A DNA stretch of 64,000 nt. It comes from Octopus vulgaris. Its lineage: Eukaryota. Under the pieces are notes generated by a model that saw only the letters and a program-made list of their open reading frames with translations, did not search any database and was not told where the DNA came from. Shown here one piece after another: positions 56,277 to 64,000 of this stretch (position 1 is the first letter of the stretch; each line of letters begins with the position of its first letter). Where the stretch lies: contig OX597831.1 of NCBI GenBank assembly GCA_951406725.2, positions 64,046,001 through 64,110,000 of the forward strand, read 5' to 3'. The position numbers were made by a program, and so were the translations under genes.

Positions 56277-56593
56277 TGTATATATGTGTGCGTGTGTGTA
56301 CAATGTAGAGGCTTATATGTGTGTTTATATGTTTATATGTGTGTATGTGTGTATGTATGTGTGTGTGTATGTGTGTAAGTGTGTGTGTGTATGTATGTAT
56401 GTGTGTATGTGTGTATGTATGTGTGCATGCGTGTATGTGTGTGTGTATGTATGTATATGTGTATGTGTATGTATGTATCTATGTATGTATGTATGTATGT
56501 ATGTGTGTGTATGTTTGTATGTGTATGTGTGTATATATATATGTATATATGTATGTATGTATGTATGTATATACACATACAGATATACAGATA

Positions 56594-56986
56594 CTAGCAG
56601 TATCGCCCGGCGTTGCTCGGGTTTGTAAGGGAAATAACTATATAAGCATTTTTAGAGAGTTATAGCAAAAAAATAGCAAAAAAATGCATTAAAATGGGAA
56701 AAAAATTAAGGTAATTTTTTTTTTAATCGTTGACACATCGTAGATATTTTTAGAGAGTTACTTCCCTTATATAATAGCGAAAAATGCATTAAAATGGAAA
56801 AATATGATGGTAAATTTTTTTAAATCGTAGACTCATCGTAGACGCGCGCTAATACCCAGAAGGGCTCGATATGAATCACGACTATAAGATACCCGGTTTT
56901 GGTTACACTGCACCGCAAAATGTGGGAGTAGTTAGGAATCTAAATCGTAGGAGACAGACACACAACTTCACTTTTATATATAAAGA
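56594..56986 (-). mobile_element. complete non-autonomous Helitron family A
   Basis: Same termini on the minus strand, A|T insertion. Confidence 0.95.
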
Positions 56987-57098
56987 TATAAGCCACGTAG
57001 TTATATACACATACTTTGTTATATACACATTCTTAAAAGAGAATGTTATTTTGAACACAACATTTATAAAGAATAAAATATTTTTTGGTTTTTATTAA

Positions 57099-57765
57099 CC
57101 CTTTCGTTACTATATTTCTGACCAAAATACACCCCTTATGTGTTTCAATTAATTTTTAACGTAATCATAAATTTAGTCTGGTTTCATTAAACAACTATAA
57201 CTTTTTTATTTATCAATATATTAACCTGAATTTTGGAAGATAATTTAATGAAATGTTCTCAACCAATTCTATACTATAATTTTTGTCACAAAGTGACTCT
57301 AATTGCAGGTAGATACAGGTAAATTCAACAAAATATAAAATTATTAAAATTTTGTTCAAACATCGCTATAGAAAATGGGTTATTAGCTAATATTCAATTG
57401 GGTATACAACAAAATTTTACGATAGAATTTGTTATTCTGGGTAACTTTCTGATACCCATAATAATATTTATGGCAAAATAGGCCTTAATTTCATTTAAGG
57501 TTGTGGGAAATAACAAACTATCCTTTCTTTCGCTTTGTTTGCGTTTAGCGTAACGGTTCGTTTCCGCCGTAATGATTTCAAATAGGCTCATTCGAAAAAG
57601 TAAAAAAAAATAGTTTAAGGCTTTACTCTTCTGGGAAAGTCTGTGGCTTGGTCCAGTTTCTTCAGAAAAATCACCGAAAGAAACAGTTTTTAAATTTTCA
57701 CTCCATTCGGGTGCCAATTCATTTTCTTTATCGCTGTCGGAGCTCTGGGATTCACTGTTTTCACT
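57099..57765 (-). mobile_element. piggyBac relic, internally deleted (PGBD4-like N-terminus)
   Basis: TTAA followed by CCCTTTCGTTAC terminus; ALNYFFLLF...IITAETNRYA...EIKAYFAINIIMGIRKLP. Confidence 0.88.
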
Positions 57766-57769
57766 TTAA

Positions 57770-58091
57770 TCGTTGCAAACTTGCAAAGAGAAAGTCGTAG
57801 AAATTAGTGATAGCGTGAGTGAATCAGATCGCTCCCTTTTTGTGTGTGTGTGTGTGTGTGTGCGAGTGCTGTAGCCCACACTAAGAAAAGCATTTGACTT
57901 ATACACCACAATGTGAGTTTTCTCTGAATTTTGCTTAATTGTGGTTGAAATTTTAAAAACTGGACCTGGCACGACCCGATGCATTCTACTCTTAAAAATG
58001 CTAGGTAAATTGTAATTGAATAAATCCTATATTGTAGATTTCTATAAGAGACAAAGGGAGGCAGATAAAATCTGCCTTTTATAATAAGAGA
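57770..58091 (-). mobile_element. probable Helitron family B copy
   Basis: Reverse complement of 54297-54545. Confidence 0.6.
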
Positions 58092-58145
58092 TACATTCAC
58101 CCACGCACATTCATGATTATGGATTCACACACATATCTGCACACC

Positions 58146-58192
<47 letters not shown>

Positions 58193-58253
58193 GATTCTCC
58201 TGTCTGCTTAGATGTCTGAGGGCCCAACAACCAATATTATAGCTGTGTTAGAC

Positions 58254-58415
58254 TACCCACACGGATGATTTGTTTTCAGTGGTAAAGGCTTGTTTAGGAT
58301 CAGCTTCACTTTTAGAGAAATGCTGATATCAGAAAGTTGGTGCAAATATTTGCCAAAAACTGAATGAGCAACATACCTCAGGCTTTTCAAATAGAGTTCG
58401 CCATCCCGTGGGTTA
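58254..58415. mobile_element. possible small old MITE
   Basis: ctacccacacggatg ... catcccgtgggttag imperfect TIRs. Confidence 0.35.
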
Positions 58416-58545
58416 GTTGCCTTCACCAGAGTTTAGATTTCAAACTACCCTGGTAGACCTAAAACAGTTATAAATATTCTGTGAATACCATAAATGAAGA
58501 ATTATGATTTTTATATACTAATTCATTGAGACTAGTGTCCTGATC

Positions 58546-58801
58546 TGTGGAGGTGCATGGCTTGGCGGTTAGGTTGACATATGATCGTAAAATTGTGGTT
58601 TCGATTCCTGGACCGGGCGACGCGTTGTGTTCTTGAGTAAAGCACTTCATAACACGTTGCTCCAGTCCACTCAACTGGCAAAATGAGTAATGCTGCGATG
58701 GACAGGCGTCATGTCGGGGGGGGGGGATATATACGCCATGAAACCCGGAAACCGGCCCTTATGAGTCGGTATGACCCGAGAAAGTAACTTTACTTTTACC
58801 T
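58546..58801 (+). mobile_element. S3-type SINE
   Basis: tRNA head; TSD tagtgtc(c/t)tgat on both sides. Confidence 0.88.
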
Positions 58802-58824
58802 TAGTGTCTTGATTTTAGTCACCT

Positions 58825-59240
58825 TATTCGCAATGATTCAATCGTTGTACCCTCTGACCTTCTTCAGGTACCTGTATAGAGTATTCAATGATATTTTCAG
58901 AATTTGAATGAAAAATTTCTTTCAGTCTACCGGGGTGAATTGTTTTTGTTTGGTTATCCATAGCGAAATATTTTCGTATTGTTATTCTCGTACTTTTGAT
59001 ACCGCTTGATCATTTCGCATCAACTAGAATACATATAGATTGAATACGTGAGTCAGGTTCGAGCACATGGTATCACAAATAAACGAGAATACCTCAAGTA
59101 TGGCCAACGAATTGAGGACATTCTGCCCTTTGGTTTTAAGAAATGTTTCCGTTCAAAATTCTGGGTATATATCACCAAATGCGACGAGACACTTGAAGAA
59201 GAGCGATAAATACATCTGAAACATTGTGAATATAACAACC
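58825..59240. mobile_element. two old divergently oriented PLE 3'-end relics (family H4) with decayed HHR
   Basis: Reverse cctgaagaaggtcagagggtacaacgattgaatcattgcgaata (58825-58868) versus cttgaagaagagcgataaatacatctgaaacattgtgaata (59192-59232); upstream sequences also similar. Confidence 0.5.
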
Positions 59241-59529
59241 ATGATGAGAATACAACTATCTTTACATCATCGTGTAATAAACTTACGAATACTTAATTAC
59301 CTAGGTTTGTTGTTTGTTCCTTCTCGAGCCATGCCTGTCTCATAAAGGCCGTTTTCCCGGTTTCCTTGGCGTATAGGTTCTCCACCTGATTTAAAGATTA
59401 AAACAGCTGAATACCAAAAGTAAACAGGATAATATATAATGATATTCTAGATTGAGAGAATATATAAGCAGAGAACACACGTACAAACAAAACATAATTA
59501 GAACTTCTATAGAATGCGTTTTATACCAA

Positions 59530-59943
59530 TTTCTTTACTACCCACAAGGGGCTAAACACAGAGGGGACAAACAAAGACAGACAAACGGATTAAGTCGATT
59601 ATATCGACCCCAGTGCGTAACTGGTACTTATTTAATCGATCCCGAAAGGATGAAAGGCAAAGTCGACCTCGGGGGAATTTGAACTCAGAACGTAACGGCA
59701 GACGAAATACCTGTTTCTTTACTACCCACAAGGGGCTAAACACAGAGAGAACAAACAAAGACAGACAAACGGATTAAGTCGATTATATCGACCCCAGTGC
59801 GTAACTGGTACTTATTTAATCGACCCCGAAAGGATGAAAGGCAAAGTCGACCTCGGGGGAATTTGAACTCAGAACGTAGCGGCAGATGAAATACCGCGAA
59901 GCATTTCGCCCGGCGTGCTAACGTTTCTGCCAGCTCGCCGCCC
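59530..59943 (-). mobile_element. SINE family S1 tandem dimer (184-bp period)
   Basis: 59531-59709 is nearly identical to 59715-59893. Confidence 0.95.
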
Positions 59944-60244
59944 TTATTATATAGTGCCATGAAATATCAACAGGAGAGGTGGTAAAGACATACGCCAAGA
60001 CGGTCGCAGACAATGACAAAGTGACCGTTTTGGGTGAGCTGTTTCTGCACATAGACAAATTGACCAAAACAGTTCGACCGGATATTGTGAAGAAACCTTC
60101 CTGGTCGAAGTAACTATTGTGACAAATAATATCTCTTTAAAAAATGGAGAATTTATCCAATATAATCTATATAGAGATATACAGAGTTTGGGATTTGAAA
60201 ACAAAAATAATCTTTGTATTAGTGAATTATATTTATATAATAAT

Positions 60245-61625
60245 GGTTTCAAATTTTAGCACAAAGCGGCAATTTCTGGGAAGAGCGTAAGTTCAATTCA
60301 TCGACCCTAGTGTTCAACTGCTACTTATTTTATCAACCCCGAAATGATGAAAGGCAAAGTCAACTCGCCGGAATTTGTAATCAGAACCTAATGACGGACG
60401 AAATAGTACTAAGCAATTTTTCCGGCGGGTTAACGATTCTGCCAGCTCGCTGCCTTAAAAATAATGCTTTCTGCAACAGGCTGGAAGCCTGGAATTGTGG
60501 GGAGTGGGATAGTCGGTTGTTATCGATCTCAGTACACAACTTGTACTTATTTGATCGACCCCCAAAGGATGAAAGGCAAAGTCGACCTCGGTGGAATTTG
60601 AACTCAGAATGTGAAGACAGACGAAATGCCGCTAAGCATTTCGCCTGGAATGCTACCAATTCTGCCAGCTCACCGCCCTTACTGCCTTAGTAATAATGCT
60701 AACATTAAAGATAGTGAGCAATGCCTACATCCATATGGCTAAGATCAGATCTTACTCAGCATGTCTCATGCAGTGTTGCTAGCTTATCAATGTCTTAACA
60801 TATCATTCTGCTAAGTATGGCGGAACGATACGTTTATCAATACGTTTTTATCTAAAAGTTGCAATTTGTAGTCAATTTGTTAGTTCGAAAATCGTTTTTC
60901 CCCTCAGAAAAAAAAGGTCGATGGGTTGGCAGAATGATTAGAACGCCGGGCAAAATGCTTTGTGGCATTTCGTCCGGCTCTTTACATTGTAGTTTCAAAT
61001 CTCATCGAGATCAACTTTACCTTTCATTCTTTGGGGGTCGATAAAATAAAAAAAACTAGTCAAGAACTGGTGCGAACTGTATCGATTAACTTCTCCCCCT
61101 CAAAATTTCTGGCCTTCTGCTTAAATCAGAACCAACTATTTCTCTATTAATGGTTGTGGACTGATGGAGTCAGCAGAACGTAAGAAAATATGTATTTCTT
61201 TATTGCCCACAAGAGGGCTAAATATAGAGGGGACAAAGAAGGACAGACAAGGGGATTAAGTCGATTACATCGACCCCAGTGCGTAACTGGTACTTAATTT
61301 ATCGACCCCGCAAAGATTAATGGCAAAGTCGACCTCGGCGGAATTTGAACTCAGAACGTAAGGGCAGACGAAATACGGCTACGCATTTCGCCCGACGTGC
61401 TAACGTTTCTGCCAGATCGCCGCCTTACGTAAGAAAATATGTGCTTTGGTATGTATCTCTTCGGGCATTTTGCGTCCTGGGTATAAAATCCCGCCGAAGT
61501 CACCTTAACTTTTCAATCCTCCGAGATCTTGATAATATCGTACTAGTCAAGTACTGGGATCAGTGAGGTCGATTAAATCCCTCCTTTTTAAAATTGTTGA
61601 TCCTTTGCTTTAATCAGAAACAACC
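60245..61625. mobile_element. cluster of five S1 SINEs; a young copy at 61194-61426 (-) is nested in an older one
   Basis: 16-bp TSD ACGTAAGAAAATATGT (61178-61193, 61427-61442). Confidence 0.9.
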
Positions 61626-62689
61626 ATTACTTCTCAGATACAAGTAGTCAATCTATAGTTGATTAATTTGAATAATAAAACGGCTCCACTCCAGTGGAAT
61701 CAATAATGAATTACAGAAATGGATCACAGCAACACAACGCAATTCTTTCTTTCTTTCTTTTCTTTTTTTATTTTGTAAATTTCAAAACCAGCCATTATCA
61801 GCAATATTATCTTAAGAAGCTATAAAATATTTTTGAAGAAGCCAAACTGTCTTATCTATGATACAATTCTTACATTCAGCAGTATGAGTCATAATTAAAA
61901 TTCTTATTATATAATCTACTAGTATGATAGCAGGATTGATTTTCTTCCTTATGCTGACATGAGTAATATTAGCCAGATAGAGTAGGAAGAATGCAACGAT
62001 AGAGAAGAAGTGGGAGGGAGAGTGAGTGCAAGAGGAGGGAGAGTGTGAGTAAGAGATGGAGGAAGGGAGAGCACGAAAAGGAGAATAAAGTTGTAATTGC
62101 TATAATTATGATACCAAGGTGACGACTGATCTAGACTCCAATCTAAACTTAACAATGTCGATGCATATTAATAATGATGATCTGATTCGTTATATAAAAT
62201 ATACAAGATATTACGACATAATTAGCGTGACTATCTACAACAGAGGAGATGTTGTAAAATTAACTCATAACATAAGTCTCTGCACAACAACCCTACGTTT
62301 GGTTGGGCAGTTTTAGTCTATTTATAATGCTAAGGATTGGGAAAACTCAAGGACATAGTTTTCTTCTTGATTGAATTAGTTCTGACGACAGTCATTTCCT
62401 AGAAAAGGTTTTCAAGACCAGTTCGGCAGAATTCCTCCCAGCTAGTAAAAGAAATTCTTCTTCGAAGAACGTAAGGTACTGGCGGAAGGAAAATATGAAT
62501 GCCAGCAAAGCTATTCTTTTGAATAATGTATCCATAGTCTAATAAAACAAAAATTATATAATATTTCAACACGAACTTAACAGATAAGGTTTAAAAACTG
62601 AGTCAAAACCTCCGAAATCTATCTGCTAACATCGCCGACAACAACAACACAACAGCAACAATAAAAAAAATTCTTTCTAATATATGTAC

Positions 62690-62883
62690 AAGGGTTGACA
62701 CTTGAGGGAATGGACTAGTCGATTACATTGACACAAGTGCTTAACTGATACTTATTTTATCGACCCCGAAAAGAGGAATAGCAAAGTCGACCTTGGCGGA
62801 ATTTGAGCTCAGAACGCAAAGACGGACGAAATGACGCTAAGCATTTTGCGTGGCGTGCTAATGATTCTGCCAGCTCGCCGCCT
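62690..62883 (-). mobile_element. SINE family S1
   Basis: Homology to S1. Confidence 0.88.
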
Positions 62884-62941
62884 TGATAATAATAACCATA
62901 AAAACGATAATGATAATGATAATAAGAATAGTAGGTAGTAA

Positions 62942-63019
<78 letters not shown>

Positions 63020-63345
63020 CTGGATACTCCCTCAAACTCATCCAAACAGGACCTGTAGTTAAATAATATAAAAAAAAGAGAAAAAAAGAGAAAAGTCTGT
63101 CGATTCTTAATGAAATTAGTAGACAATCAACACTACAAAGTAGCAAGAAGAAAACAAAAACACTGTACAAATACAACATTACTGAAAAAGATTTACCTGA
63201 GGTAAAAGAAAAGCTAAAGCAAGATATCCTTGCCAAAGCACAAAGGATCCGCCGGTATGAGAAACGTCGAATGTTTCTTTAAACAAAACAAACAGTTCAA
63301 TTCCAACCCCAAAAGAATTCTACCAAGAACTTGGGAAAAATAAAA
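63020..63345 (+). mobile_element. R4/Dong-like LINE fragment (pre-RT region) after (GTA)n
   Basis: EKLKQDILAKAQRIRRYEKR..KQNKQFNSNPK..FYQELG parallels EELKQRLVAK...QQNSLFRVDQKRFYKEING at 22525-22911. Confidence 0.75.
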
Positions 63346-63689
63346 TGGACATCACTGCAGCAATTTTTTTCTAAGCTTGTCAAATTCTATTGCCAAAATA
63401 TTACGGTCACGGGGGATACTCATATCGATCAATTAATAGACCTTATTATTTTGGTCTTTTACAACAATATCCAGTTTATCAATTTTGACTATTCAGTCTC
63501 AATGTACCGAATTCCCAAAGGATCGTTACATTTTCTCCCTCAGTTACAATCTCAGGGTGGTGCTTATACTATTTATCAGCAGTTTTGATTTTATAATGCC
63601 GACATATTAACCAGTGTATATATTGACCAACTTTGTCATGTCTTAATTTATACTCTACTTGAGCTAAAATTACATCTAGAGATTAAGTG

Positions 63690-64000
63690 GTCCACTGTTT
63701 CGATCTCATCACTGCAGAATCAGCACTTTAGATCTACTCCATTTTTCATCACATTGGCTTGATAGTTCCGAGTCAATAAGCTTTGATCTTGAACAGTTAC
63801 AATGAAACCTTCGATACCTGCTTTTACCTCTGAGCTTCTTGGCCACTGATGCACGTGCTTTTGGTCAACATCAGCTTGTTTGCCACATATTTGCCATGCA
63901 GAGGTTTCTGTTCCCACCGACCAGCCAATTGTTCATACGCTTTTATCTTGCCATTAATTATACTTCTTTTGCAGCAGCAGTTGCCACACTCCCTCGGGCA
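63690..64000 (-). mobile_element. R4/Dong-like LINE fragment (post-RT), runs off the window
   Basis: VDQKHVHQWPRSSEVKAGIEGFIVTVQDQSLLTRNYQANVMKNGVDLKC. Confidence 0.85.

Overview
AT-rich, repeat-dominated animal genomic DNA with no recognisable host protein-coding gene. The microsatellite load and the tRNA-derived SINE families point to an octopus or other coleoid cephalopod (inference). Most of the ORF track is translated microsatellite. The real content is: four interspersed SINE or SINE-like families, some nested, dimeric or chimeric; decayed LINEs (R4/Dong-like REL-endonuclease elements next to TAA tracts, RTE, CR1/L2); a Helitron PIF1-helicase relic and two non-autonomous Helitron families in mirror-image arrangement; DD37D/Tc1-mariner and piggyBac relics; hAT and other MITEs; and a probable solo LTR. 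The most notable signal is a set of Penelope-like-element (PLE) derived segments carrying minimal type I hammerhead ribozyme (HHR) motifs, about a dozen intact or decayed, densest at 51.6-55.8 kb. Several sit at the centre of fold-back repeats. One has an apparent compensatory swap of the catalytic C3-G8 pair (G3-C8, 55538-55588), and one arm starts at the predicted self-cleavage site (53184). All calls were made by eye without database searches, and many boundaries are approximate.
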